From positions 60,001 through 92,000 of the forward strand of contig JBAYVT010000003.1 in NCBI GenBank assembly GCA_041674405.1: a DNA stretch of 32,000 nt, in the 5' to 3' direction. The notes beneath the pieces are model-generated. The model searched no databases and was not told where the DNA came from. It saw only the letters and a list, made by a program, of their open reading frames with translations. Shown here one piece after another: positions 7,412 to 16,911 of this stretch. Every line of letters begins with the position of its first letter. Positions within the stretch are counted from its first letter, which is position 1. Both the position numbers and the translations under genes were made by a program. The DNA comes from Patescibacteria group bacterium (GTDB taxonomy: Bacteria > Patescibacteriota > UBA1384 > XYA2-FULL-43-10).

Positions 7412-8923
7412 CTAGCTTTTATTTACAATCATAGTACTCGTTCCAACATTTCCTACGGGATCATAAGCTTTTATTACTAAATTATAACTGCCGTTTGGCG
7501 TGCCGCTTCTGAGCCAAATCCTTTCGATACTGCTGGAATCTTCGCTTGCAACAAGAGAATCATTAACATATATTTCCATTTTCACAACTGCCACATTATC
7601 TGTGGCTGAAGCTAAAATATGCAAATTATCCTCCGTCCAGTTCACTGGTGATGACAAGGGATCAGAAATAGTCACTACCGGTTTTTCCGAATCGGTTTCG
7701 GCATTATTCACGTTTACGCTTTCAGAAACTTCAACCGACTGATTGGAATCAAAGGCTTTTGCCTTTATGGCGTGAGTTCCGTTTGAATAACTCCGAGTCT
7801 CCCATGCCCAGCTGTATGGCGCAGACATAATTGTTGCAGTTTTTGCACCATCAACATATATCTCAACTCTGGTCACAGCAATGTTATCGCTTGCATTTAT
7901 AACAATGCTTGTAACCGCAGAAACATTTGAGCCGTCCTGGGGCGAAGAGATTGCCACAGAAGGAGGTGTTGTATCTTCTTCCGGCGGCGCAGATGACATC
8001 CCTGAAAGCCAAGTCTTAACCCACCCCGATGGGTAGCCGTAAGTTCCGCTCATTGCGTGATAACCATAACCAGAAAAGAGGTAGGAATAATCTTCAGCCA
8101 CGATTTCAACATCGCAATTCCCCCAACCTAGCGAGTAATCCGGAGCAGTGGACGAAAGGCTTAGGGGACGAGATGAATAATATTGCGATGGCCAACGCTC
8201 CCCTGTTGGAATATTATTGTCCACCCAACGATGGTAAAGCGTGTAATGATGCCCGTATTCATGAGAAAAAACCAACTTCATATAATCTGCAAAATAAGGA
8301 GAACTTTTGTACGAATAAACATTTAAAGTAATCCAGCCAAAAGCTTTGGTAATTTTGCCGTCAGAATTAGAGATGTAACTGCCGGTGTATAAACCGCCAT
8401 AACCGCAGTTGGAACAATCGACGATTCTAAGCTCGTACATGTATGAAATATCCGAGCCTGACCAAAGCAAACTATTTTTTAAATAACTTTTTATTGTTTC
8501 GCCCAAAGCAGGATAATTTCCTGTCGTGTCATTATAGTAAATATTCGAAACAGGACCTTCACCCGCATATTTTTGCAAAGTATTTATGTCTTCCGGTGAA
8601 ATGGTGCCTTCGGAAACCACAGTCGCTTTTCCAGCCGAAGTTGAGACAGACGATCTTGTCGATCCTTTTGAGGCATGCTTTGGTGGATTACTCTTAACTG
8701 CTTCTGGTGCATCTGATTGTATTACCAAAGTCGGGTTTTCATCACCTTTTTGAGATTCGGGCGAAGGCACAGCAGCAGTATTTGTATTACTTACAATTTG
8801 CGGATGGTTTTTAACATAAGCAAACACACCGACCCCGGTTAACAAAACAAAAATTAGCCCGACTGACAAAACCGGAGGAATACGCCTTATATGCTTCCAA
8901 AATTTATGGTCTTCTTCGAAAAT
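7412..8923 (-). CDS. Secreted/membrane-anchored metallopeptidase with Ig-like domains
   Basis: HEYGHHYTLYHRW zinc-peptidase-like motif; two repeats of (P)xVxISxPxxG...VxI.A.D..gV..ve.Yv. Ig-like domains; N-terminal TM. 5' end extended here to a probable ATT start at 8923 (ORF track starts at TTG 8869). Confidence 0.75.
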   Translation of the reverse strand: MFEEDHKFWKHIRRIPPVLSVGLIFVLLTGVGVFAYVKNHPQIVSNTNTAAVPSPESQKGDENPTLVIQSDAPEAVKSNPPKHASKGSTRSSVSTSAGKATVVSEGTISPEDINTLQKYAGEGPVSNIYYNDTTGNYPALGETIKSYLKNSLLWSGSDISYMYELRIVDCSNCGYGGLYTGSYISNSDGKITKAFGWITLNVYSYKSSPYFADYMKLVFSHEYGHHYTLYHRWVDNNIPTGERWPSQYYSSRPLSLSSTAPDYSLGWGNCDVEIVAEDYSYLFSGYGYHAMSGTYGYPSGWVKTWLSGMSSAPPEEDTTPPSVAISSPQDGSNVSAVTSIVINASDNIAVTRVEIYVDGAKTATIMSAPYSWAWETRSYSNGTHAIKAKAFDSNQSVEVSESVNVNNAETDSEKPVVTISDPLSSPVNWTEDNLHILASATDNVAVVKMEIYVNDSLVASEDSSSIERIWLRSGTPNGSYNLVIKAYDPVGNVGTSTMIVNKS

Positions 8924-8963
8924 TTAACCCTCCTTGCTAACCCAAACAGAATTTTTCACAAAA

Positions 8964-9239
8964 CTAACCTGAAAATATTTTCTTACGCGAATTGCGCTCT
9001 TTTTCTAGAATAATTTTTTTTAGGCTTAGGCCCTTGTTGTATCCGCCGACGCTTCCGTCTGCGCGAATCACTCGATGACACGGAATGTTTTTATCGTGAT
9101 TTTTATGCAAAATATTGCCGACAGCACGATATGCGTTAGGATTGCCAGCCCTTTCCGCCACCTCTTTGTAACTTAGCGTGTCGCCACATGGAATTTTTGC
9201 CACTACAGCAAAAACTCGATCTTTAAAACTACAGGACAT
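8964..9239 (-). CDS. Methylated-DNA--cysteine methyltransferase / alkyltransferase-like DNA-binding domain protein
   Basis: AYRAVGNILHKNHDKNIPCHRVIRADGSVGGYNKGLSLKKIILEKE, active-site PCHRV present. Confidence 0.88.
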   Translation of the reverse strand: MSCSFKDRVFAVVAKIPCGDTLSYKEVAERAGNPNAYRAVGNILHKNHDKNIPCHRVIRADGSVGGYNKGLSLKKIILEKERNSRKKIFSG

Positions 9240-9290
9240 AACTACATTATAATGTATATGAAAACTAATATGAATTTAATGCCCATCACT

Positions 9291-9319
9291 TTACAAATTT
9301 ATTCCTTTAGATTATACTT
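9291..9319 (+). promoter_or_regulatory. Promoter-like sequence for the MASE3 histidine kinase
   Basis: TTTACA-N17-TATACT. Confidence 0.45.
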
Positions 9320-9346
9320 TTGTTCCAATAAAGTAATCGCAATCCT

Positions 9347-11341
9347 ATGCGGAAAAACATATCATTAGCAGAGAGATATGAACTGGAGATCCCGCAATAT
9401 CCATATTTCATTGCAGGAATATGTGTTGTATTGGTACTCGGAACTTTGTACTTTTTAAAACAATATAACTTCAATCTATTCCATAGTTTTGCAGAGGGTT
9501 TTGCTATTACAGTGGGCATTACTATTTTCTTTGCAATATGGAACTCATCACGCCTTCTTAAAAATAATTTCTACTTCGTAGCAGGTGTATCTTTCATCTT
9601 TGTTGCGTTATTCCGATTTTTGCATGCCCTGGCCTACAAGGGGGTGGGGCAATTTTATTTCCCCTCGTTCGACCCATCGAATTTGGCGACACAGCTTTGG
9701 ATCGCCGGGAGTTTATTTCAGTCCTTATCTTTTCTAGCAGCAACGTTCTTTGTGAGGAAGCGAGCAACCCACTGGCTCACATTTTTGATTTACTCTTTTG
9801 CTTCTGTTGCAATAGTGCTTTCAATTTTCTATTTCAGAGTATTCCCGGCTTCATTTATCGCAGGCAAAGGATTAACTGAATTCAAAATTATTTCTGAATA
9901 TATGATATGCGGGGTGTATTTGGCAGCAATTGCTATACTTCTGGGCAGAAAAAAGGAATTTGATTATTCAATCTTACGCCTCACTATTGTCTCGATAATC
10001 TTTTTAATAATGTCCGAACTATCTTTCACTCTGTATACTGACCCTTTCGGATTTTCTAATATGATCGGGCATTTTTTTGCTATTTTTGCATATTACCTTT
10101 TCTACAGAACGCTCGTCGTGTCAATAATTTATCGACCGCAACGAATTATTTTTCGCGATTATGTCAATAACCAAGAAAAACTCTTGGAAAACCAGGACAA
10201 GCTACGGGAATATGCTAGGCAGCTCCAACTTGAGAAAAATGAAGATGAAGCCCTTCTTTCGAGTATCGGGGACGGAGTCGTTGCCACAGACAACTGCGGA
10301 AGAATCATGTTTGCAAACCGAGCTTTTTCTGATCTTTTCGATCTTGCGAATACAGAATTAATAAACCGGAATCTTGATTCTGTGGTCCCACTTGTCGATG
10401 ACGGAGGGCGAAAAGTGCCTATTGAAAAACGCCCGCTTGGCTTGATTTTGTATTCGATGAAAAACACACAAAAAATCATGAAAACGGATCAATTTTCATT
10501 TAAAAGAAAAGACAAAGTTATCATCAGGCTTCTGATTACCGCCTCCCCTATTATTAATAAGGGCAGAATTACCGGGGTCATCGGAATTTATCGAGACATA
10601 ACAAAGGAAAAAGATTTGGAGAGAACAAAATCTGAATTAATCTCATTCGCTGCCCATCAACTCCGCACCCCCCTAACAACTCTCGGATTAACCACCGAAC
10701 TTCTATATTCCGGAAAGAAAAAAATTGATAAAGAAACGCGGGAAAATTTAAATTATTTAAAACAAGACATCGACAGTATGGCACACCTTGTAAACACTTT
10801 TTTAAATGTTTCACGGGTAGAAACCGGAAGATTGAAGATCAACCCAGAACTTGATGATGTGAAGCTAATGATAAAAGAAATGGTTAATAGGGCCAAAAAA
10901 GTTGCCAAACAAAAAGAAATCACGATTATTGAAACGTACGCCAACCATATGCCTTATATTAAAGTCGACCAAAACATCTTCAATACCATTATTGAAAACC
11001 TTTTGATGAACTCTATAAAATACACTCCCGAAAATGGACAAGTAGTTGTCAAAGCAACCACCTTGCCAAAAAACTTATTGGTAGAAATTGTCGATTCAGG
11101 ACCAGGGATTCCTGCTTCGGAGCATGGAAAAGTTTTTGACTCAATGTTCAGGGGCAGTACTTCTCACGGCGCAGAGGGCTTAGGATTGGGACTCTATATC
11201 GTGCGGTCCATGATAAAACAATGCGGCGGAAAAGTATGGTTTGAATCACCTTCTCCCTACCACATCAATTCCGATATTATAGGCACAACATTCTATTTTT
11301 CGCTCCCACTCACCGGAATGAAACAACAAAAAATGAAATGA
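9347..11341 (+). CDS. Sensor histidine kinase with MASE3-like membrane domain and PAS domain
   Basis: Multi-TM N-terminus (FVALFRFLHALAYKGVGQF...TQLWIAGSLFQSLSFL), PAS, H-box AAHQLRTPL, N-box and DSGPGIP, GLGLYIV. Confidence 0.9.
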   Translation: MRKNISLAERYELEIPQYPYFIAGICVVLVLGTLYFLKQYNFNLFHSFAEGFAITVGITIFFAIWNSSRLLKNNFYFVAGVSFIFVALFRFLHALAYKGVGQFYFPSFDPSNLATQLWIAGSLFQSLSFLAATFFVRKRATHWLTFLIYSFASVAIVLSIFYFRVFPASFIAGKGLTEFKIISEYMICGVYLAAIAILLGRKKEFDYSILRLTIVSIIFLIMSELSFTLYTDPFGFSNMIGHFFAIFAYYLFYRTLVVSIIYRPQRIIFRDYVNNQEKLLENQDKLREYARQLQLEKNEDEALLSSIGDGVVATDNCGRIMFANRAFSDLFDLANTELINRNLDSVVPLVDDGGRKVPIEKRPLGLILYSMKNTQKIMKTDQFSFKRKDKVIIRLLITASPIINKGRITGVIGIYRDITKEKDLERTKSELISFAAHQLRTPLTTLGLTTELLYSGKKKIDKETRENLNYLKQDIDSMAHLVNTFLNVSRVETGRLKINPELDDVKLMIKEMVNRAKKVAKQKEITIIETYANHMPYIKVDQNIFNTIIENLLMNSIKYTPENGQVVVKATTLPKNLLVEIVDSGPGIPASEHGKVFDSMFRGSTSHGAEGLGLGLYIVRSMIKQCGGKVWFESPSPYHINSDIIGTTFYFSLPLTGMKQQKMK

Positions 11342-11479
11342 TAATTTTTTAATGAAATATTCATAAAATGAATATTATGATAATAGATATGTAAAAAGTA
11401 AAAATTTAGAAGCGAAAAAGCCAAGAGAATAATTTAATTGGTTGTTTGTTGTTAATTTTAGCTTATTAGTTGAAAAATC

Positions 11480-12157
11480 ATGAGAATACTGATTGTAGAA
11501 GATGAACATCGGCTCGCCAACGTTATCAAAAAAGGTCTCGTAGAAGAGGGCTACGCTGTTGATGTTTCTTACGACGGAAAAGATGGGCTTTATATGTCCG
11601 AATTAAATCAGAATGAATACGACACAATTATTCTTGATATTAATCTTCCCAAGATTGATGGCTTCACATTGTGTAAACGTTTGCGTGACCAGCACATCGA
11701 TACGCCGGTTCTTATTCTATCCGCTATAGCCAACCTTGATGACAAGGTAAAGGGCCTCGATTGCGGAGCTGACGATTATCTTACCAAACCATTTGCGTTT
11801 AAAGAGCTAAATTCAAGAATCCATGCCCTTATTCGCCGAAGCAAACATGAAAGCTCACCAACTTTAAAGATTGCCGATCTTGAGCTTGATCCGATCTCAC
11901 ATTCAGTAAAAAGACAGAGCAAAAATATCAAATTAACCCCAAAGGAATTTTCAATTTTAGAATATCTGATGAGACACAAAGACTCAGTCGTAACCAGAAG
12001 TACTCTGATAGAACATGTTTGGGATTATAACTACGATGGTATTAGCAATATTGTGGATGTGTTTGTCGCTGCAGTAAGAAAAAAAATCGACAAGGACTCA
12101 AATCCCAAACTAATCCACACTCTCCATGGAGTTGGCTACAAAATTTCAGAAGAATGA
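11480..12157 (+). CDS. OmpR-family response regulator
   Basis: MRILIVEDEHRLANVI, DIILDINLP receiver, winged-helix C-terminus. Confidence 0.92.
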   Translation: MRILIVEDEHRLANVIKKGLVEEGYAVDVSYDGKDGLYMSELNQNEYDTIILDINLPKIDGFTLCKRLRDQHIDTPVLILSAIANLDDKVKGLDCGADDYLTKPFAFKELNSRIHALIRRSKHESSPTLKIADLELDPISHSVKRQSKNIKLTPKEFSILEYLMRHKDSVVTRSTLIEHVWDYNYDGISNIVDVFVAAVRKKIDKDSNPKLIHTLHGVGYKISEE

Positions 12158-12433
12158 TTGTAAACATTGAAAAGAATGCAGAACGAACTCTCAAGAATAT
12201 AATAAATCGGTATTTCCAATTTTGGCTATTATGAAACATTTGGTTTCATTCAATCCCAACATGGTGAGCGCGGCTCATTTTTTTAATATTGTGGTTTGTT
12301 CTAAAAATATCTCTTCCCGGACTTGTAATTTGCTACAAAATTAAAGATTTCTTAATATTTTTTTAATCTTTGCTTCACAGATGATTGTTTATGCTGTTCT
12401 TGCAGAATCAAATTTTTAAAAAAAGGAGTTAAA

Positions 12434-13378
12434 ATGCCGACTCAAACATTACGGAGAGAAAACAAAAATTTGAGCAGTTTCATGGGTCGATTCAAACAAT
12501 CGGAATATGAAACTGCGGCCAAAAAGGAAAATGCTGAAGAAGTGCACAAAAAAGCCAGCGATAATTACGATTTTGGCGACCACATCTTTACTGAAATGGT
12601 CGACCATTTCAGTAAAGACAATATTTACGCATACAAAAGTGCAATTTCCGTGATGGGTTATAACCTGGATTCTAAAAGGATGGCAATATTGGTGCAACTA
12701 TCGGGCTTTCGCGACTATGTCTTGGAGTCACCCGAGATGATGTCGATTGAACGAGAAGACTTAATAAAAAAATGGAAAAGAAAAGTTGAGGAAGCACTTA
12801 ATGCTTTTTTCTCGCGAAATACCGACATTATAGTGGCATATGTCGGAGATGAAAATTTTCTGGTCCTAAAATCGATTGAGGAAAATGAAGACAGAGTGCG
12901 CGGGATGTTGCTAAAATCATTCGGGTCAATATTTTCCCCTCTTAAAAGCTCACAGATTACCGAAATCAGCGTTGGTTTTGGAAACGCTTACTATGAAGTT
13001 GATGGTTGGTGTGAATCTATCAAAGAAGCAAAAACAGCATTGACACTTGGAGACAAGCTCTATGGAAATGGCAAAAGTTACTATTTCAACGATTTCGGAA
13101 TACTATTCGCCATTGCAGATGGAGATACAAAGAAAAAAGCCGATCTTGCTATGAAAATTTTAGAGAGATTAAGAGACCGCGATTTAATGATGACTCTAAA
13201 AAGTTTTCTTGAGGAGAACCTGAACACAACAGATACTGCAGAAAAACTGGGAATTCACAGAAATACCGTGCTCTACCGCCTTGACCAAATCGCCTATCGT
13301 ATTGGCTTAGACCCGCGTAATTTCGAGGATGCTTTCAAAATAAGAATGGCGCTTTATGTCCGCGAGATTTGCTGTTAA
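12434..13378 (+). CDS. PucR/CdaR-type helix-turn-helix regulator
   Basis: C-terminal LKSFLEENLNTTDTAEKLGIHRNTVLYRLDQIAYRIGLDPRNFEDAFKIRMAL; SD AAAAGGAG upstream. Confidence 0.8.
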   Translation: MPTQTLRRENKNLSSFMGRFKQSEYETAAKKENAEEVHKKASDNYDFGDHIFTEMVDHFSKDNIYAYKSAISVMGYNLDSKRMAILVQLSGFRDYVLESPEMMSIEREDLIKKWKRKVEEALNAFFSRNTDIIVAYVGDENFLVLKSIEENEDRVRGMLLKSFGSIFSPLKSSQITEISVGFGNAYYEVDGWCESIKEAKTALTLGDKLYGNGKSYYFNDFGILFAIADGDTKKKADLAMKILERLRDRDLMMTLKSFLEENLNTTDTAEKLGIHRNTVLYRLDQIAYRIGLDPRNFEDAFKIRMALYVREICC

Positions 13379-13476
13379 CGCATACATTGCGTAAGCGGCT
13401 TATTTCCATCGATGTCGCCAAAATAAAAACATTCCTTGCTATACAACAATATAGTAAGGGATGTTTTTTGATCTAA

Positions 13477-13962
13477 TTATTTCAAAAATTGCTGAAAATA
13501 TTTTTTATATTGAAACGGTTCAACAATTCCCCAAATCTGGATAATGTCTTTTTCGTTATTTACATTATTGATAAAAGTCAGGCTTAAATCGCCATATTTC
13601 AAGACTCTGCCAAGATAACTTGAATATGCGTCTATCGAATAGAGATTATTTAAGTTGAATATCACTTCTTCCGGATTGTAGAACCCTCGATATTGAATCA
13701 ACCGATTATCTTCAATGTGATAAAAAATGAAAGTCCAGGCAAATGTCATTTTAATTGCAATGACTGATAACACAGCTAGTTTGGCCGCGATGAGTATCAA
13801 AAATAAGTAAAACAAGACTACCCGATCTGACGTTAGGGACAACAATATTATAAAAACAATAAATAGAACAACATCGAATAAGAATGATAATAAAATAATT
13901 TTAACAATCAACGGATAATAGGCTTTTCTAATTTCCGTTATTTTTAAATTGTCTTCTTTCAT
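13477..13962 (-). CDS. Membrane protein with PH-like domain
   Basis: Two TM helices followed by YHIEDNRLIQYRGFYNPEEVIFNLNNLYSIDAYSSYLGRVLKYGDLSLTF. Confidence 0.55.
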   Translation of the reverse strand: MKEDNLKITEIRKAYYPLIVKIILLSFLFDVVLFIVFIILLSLTSDRVVLFYLFLILIAAKLAVLSVIAIKMTFAWTFIFYHIEDNRLIQYRGFYNPEEVIFNLNNLYSIDAYSSYLGRVLKYGDLSLTFINNVNNEKDIIQIWGIVEPFQYKKYFQQFLK

Positions 13963-14013
13963 TCACCATAAGTATAGCAGAAAGGTTTTTTAAAAATAAT
14001 CCATAGAACCAAA

Positions 14014-14044
14014 GAAGGCCGCTGCGTGACACGCAACCGCCTTC
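14014..14044 (-). terminator. GC-rich imperfect hairpin downstream of the 14066-14785 gene
   Basis: GAAGGCCGCTGCGTG-a-CACGCAACCGCCTTC, paired along almost the full length. Confidence 0.45.
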
Positions 14045-14065
14045 CCGGTGCGGAGACCAGCTGGT

Positions 14066-14785
14066 TCAGCCGGACTCCATACTTACTACCGCATCCTCCG
14101 GCCCGAGCAGCCGGTACCCCCTCTCCTCGTGCACCAAGCCGAGCTTCTCGGTCACTACTACCGCTTCCTCGCCACAAGGCACGTGAACCGAGTAGAACAT
14201 GAGAATGTCGGAGACCAGACTCACCTCGTCCACCCACAATCTCGCCATCTCTTCGGCGATTAGCGGCCCGCAACGATCCCACCAGTACACATCAGACGAC
14301 ATAGCCGCTAGGTCCACTTCCTGGAGGAACGACCATGTCATGCCGTGACAGGTATAATCCTCCAGATCTCCTTCCGGGTCGAATGGCCGTCTCCAGAGAA
14401 GAAGCTTGGCCAGAGCTGTTGCCGTTCCCCGACCCTTGAGCAACTGCTCCAGCTTGTTGAGCAGATCCGCAGGATGTTCCCCATAACCAGCGAGAACGCG
14501 GATCGCCACCTCAGGATCTATCCCTTCGGGAAGGCGCGAGCCAGATGGAAACAGGTGTCCGAGCATACCCTCAATTGAGGGATCCATCCCCTCGGACCAG
14601 CCGCAGTTGGGACATTGCGGCTTCCAAATCGTGTCGTTCGGAACGCTGGAATGCGCTCGCTCAATCGGGTAGTGGTGGCAGCGTTTGCAGGTCAGTCCGT
14701 TTCGCCGCCTAGACCTTAGGTAGATGATGGAAACCAGCAGTGCTGCAATCAGCAAAGCCAGTCCGTGCGGAATATAGTTGGTCAT
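14066..14785 (-). CDS. Hypothetical protein with TM helix and zinc-ribbon-like CxxC pairs (GC-rich island B)
   Basis: TCKRCHHYPIE...PQCPNCGW; SD TTGGAGG before ATG; composition differs from flanks. Confidence 0.6.
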   Translation of the reverse strand: MTNYIPHGLALLIAALLVSIIYLRSRRRNGLTCKRCHHYPIERAHSSVPNDTIWKPQCPNCGWSEGMDPSIEGMLGHLFPSGSRLPEGIDPEVAIRVLAGYGEHPADLLNKLEQLLKGRGTATALAKLLLWRRPFDPEGDLEDYTCHGMTWSFLQEVDLAAMSSDVYWWDRCGPLIAEEMARLWVDEVSLVSDILMFYSVHVPCGEEAVVVTEKLGLVHEERGYRLLGPEDAVVSMESG

Positions 14786-14889
14786 TACGCAACCTCCAAG
14801 AAGAGTGTTCCGGCTTTACTCGTTCCTGTTATAACAAAAAACGAAACTGAAGTCACGCAGTTTAATGCAGAATTTAATAATAATAAATA

Positions 14890-16911
14890 TTAGATCGTTT
14901 CCGGCGCCGTGAATTGGCTATTGTATAGAGAAGCGTAAAAGCCGTTTTTCTTAAGAAGTTCAGGGTGTGTTCCCTGCTCGACAATATTGCCGTCGCGCAT
15001 CACTAAAATTAAATCGGCTTCGCGAATTGTTGAGAGACGATGAGCGATAACAAAGCTGGTTTTATCCTTCATCAAATTTTCCATCGCTTTCTGGATCAAA
15101 ATTTCTGTTCGAGTATCGACTGAGCTTGTCGCTTCATCGAGGATTAGCATTGGAGTCTTGGCGAGCATCGCCCGGGCGATAGTTAAGAGCTGTTTTTCAC
15201 CCTGGGAAATATTGTCGGCCTCTTCGTTAATCTCCGCCTTGTATCCTTCGGGAAGAGCGTGAATGAAGTGATCAGCATGCGCCGCCTTGGCTGCCTCAAT
15301 GATATCTTCTTCCCTCGCATTAAGTTTACCATAGGCAATGTTATCACGGATCGAGCCATTGAAAAGCCAGGTGTCCTGTAAAACCATGCCAAAAGTTTTT
15401 CGGACATCGGCGCGTTTCATTTCGCGAATATCAATGCCATCAATTTTGATCGCGCCCTTATTTACATCGTAAAAGCGCATAAGAAGATTGACCATCGTCG
15501 TTTTACCGGCACCGGTCGGGCCGACGATAGCAACTTTCTGGCCGGGTTTAATATTGGCATTGAAGCCCTTGATGATTACTTTGTCCGGGTTATAGCCAAA
15601 AACAACATTATTAAACTCCACGCCACCTTTCACCTTATCAATAACAACAGGGTTAGCTGCTTCGGGAACTTCCTCAGTTTCATCTAAGAATTCAAAAACG
15701 CGTTCAGCCGCAGCAGCCGTTGACTGCATCACATTGGCAATCGTCGCTGATTGTGCAATCGGCTGATTAAATTGATTCATGTATTGAATGAATGCTTGAA
15801 TGTCTCCAATTTGTAACCTTCCCTTAAAAGCAAGCCAGCCACCCAAAACGGAAATGCCGACAAATCCAAGATTACCGATAAAATTCATAATCGGGAACAA
15901 AAGACCAGATAAAAACTGTGACTTCCAGGCGCTATCGAAGAGTTTATTGTTAATTTTCTTGAATTTCTCAACTGAACGTTTCTCGCCGTTAAAAACTCTC
16001 ACTACATTATGGCCGGCATACATTTCTTCAACATGGCCATTCAAATGCCCGAGTTGATCTTGTTGTTCTTTAAAGAAATGTTGGGACTTTTTGACGATAG
16101 AAGCAATTAGCCCAAAGCTAATCGGCAAAATCACAAGCGCGACCAGAGTAAGCAACCATGAGATTGTAAACATCATTATAATGATGCCGATGATCATCGT
16201 GACTGCAGTGACCGTCTGGGTCAAACCTTGGGTTAGAGTTTGACTTACTGTATCGACATCATTGGTAACGCGCGATAAAACCTCACCATAGGTGCGCGAA
16301 TCGAAATACTTGAGCGGCATTCGGTTAATTTTTTCCGAAATATCACGCCGGAATTGATACGTGATTTTCTGCGAAACTCCGGTCATAATCCACCCTTGAA
16401 TATAGGTAAATATGGATGAAAGAAGAACCAGTATGAGAAGAATGATCGCGATATGCCTAACCTTGGAAAAATTAATACTCGGGCGATGCGTGAGATCTAG
16501 ATTTGTGATGCGATCACGAATATTTGAAGGAATTTTGGAAACCATATCCTGTGGTAAATTCTTGATGAATTGGCCTCCGGTTGTTCCAGAAGGCACGGTC
16601 ACGCCCTTTGGTAAAGAACCGATTATTGCGTCATAAGCCTTCATGTCAATGAAATCGGATACGACTTGGTTGGTCATATTGCCCAATATTTTCGGAGAAA
16701 GGATCGAAAATATTGTCGAAGCAATAGCAAAGATGAAAACGACGACGATTGTTACCAAAAATGGGCGCATGTAGGCGAGAAGTTTTTGCATCGTTTTCTT
16801 AAAATTCTTTGGTTTTTCCGCCATCATGCCCATGGCGTGCCCTGGCCCGCCCATTGGCCCGCCGCCACGCTTTTTTGGCGCTTCCGTTTTTGGAGTATCT
16901 TTGTCTGTCAT
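14890..16911 (-). CDS. ABC exporter, TM+ATPase fusion (subunit 1)
   Basis: GPTGAGKTT Walker A, NISQGEKQLL signature, LILDEATSSVD Walker B; six-TM domain. Confidence 0.93.
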   Translation of the reverse strand: MTDKDTPKTEAPKKRGGGPMGGPGHAMGMMAEKPKNFKKTMQKLLAYMRPFLVTIVVVFIFAIASTIFSILSPKILGNMTNQVVSDFIDMKAYDAIIGSLPKGVTVPSGTTGGQFIKNLPQDMVSKIPSNIRDRITNLDLTHRPSINFSKVRHIAIILLILVLLSSIFTYIQGWIMTGVSQKITYQFRRDISEKINRMPLKYFDSRTYGEVLSRVTNDVDTVSQTLTQGLTQTVTAVTMIIGIIIMMFTISWLLTLVALVILPISFGLIASIVKKSQHFFKEQQDQLGHLNGHVEEMYAGHNVVRVFNGEKRSVEKFKKINNKLFDSAWKSQFLSGLLFPIMNFIGNLGFVGISVLGGWLAFKGRLQIGDIQAFIQYMNQFNQPIAQSATIANVMQSTAAAAERVFEFLDETEEVPEAANPVVIDKVKGGVEFNNVVFGYNPDKVIIKGFNANIKPGQKVAIVGPTGAGKTTMVNLLMRFYDVNKGAIKIDGIDIREMKRADVRKTFGMVLQDTWLFNGSIRDNIAYGKLNAREEDIIEAAKAAHADHFIHALPEGYKAEINEEADNISQGEKQLLTIARAMLAKTPMLILDEATSSVDTRTEILIQKAMENLMKDKTSFVIAHRLSTIREADLILVMRDGNIVEQGTHPELLKKNGFYASLYNSQFTAPETI

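Noticed and set aside
13959-14282. 107-aa minus-strand ORF overlapping the 14066-14785 gene
   Set aside because: Low-complexity Gly/Arg/Ala composition in an alternative frame of GC-rich sequence; the 239-aa ORF has the SD and zinc-ribbon motifs.
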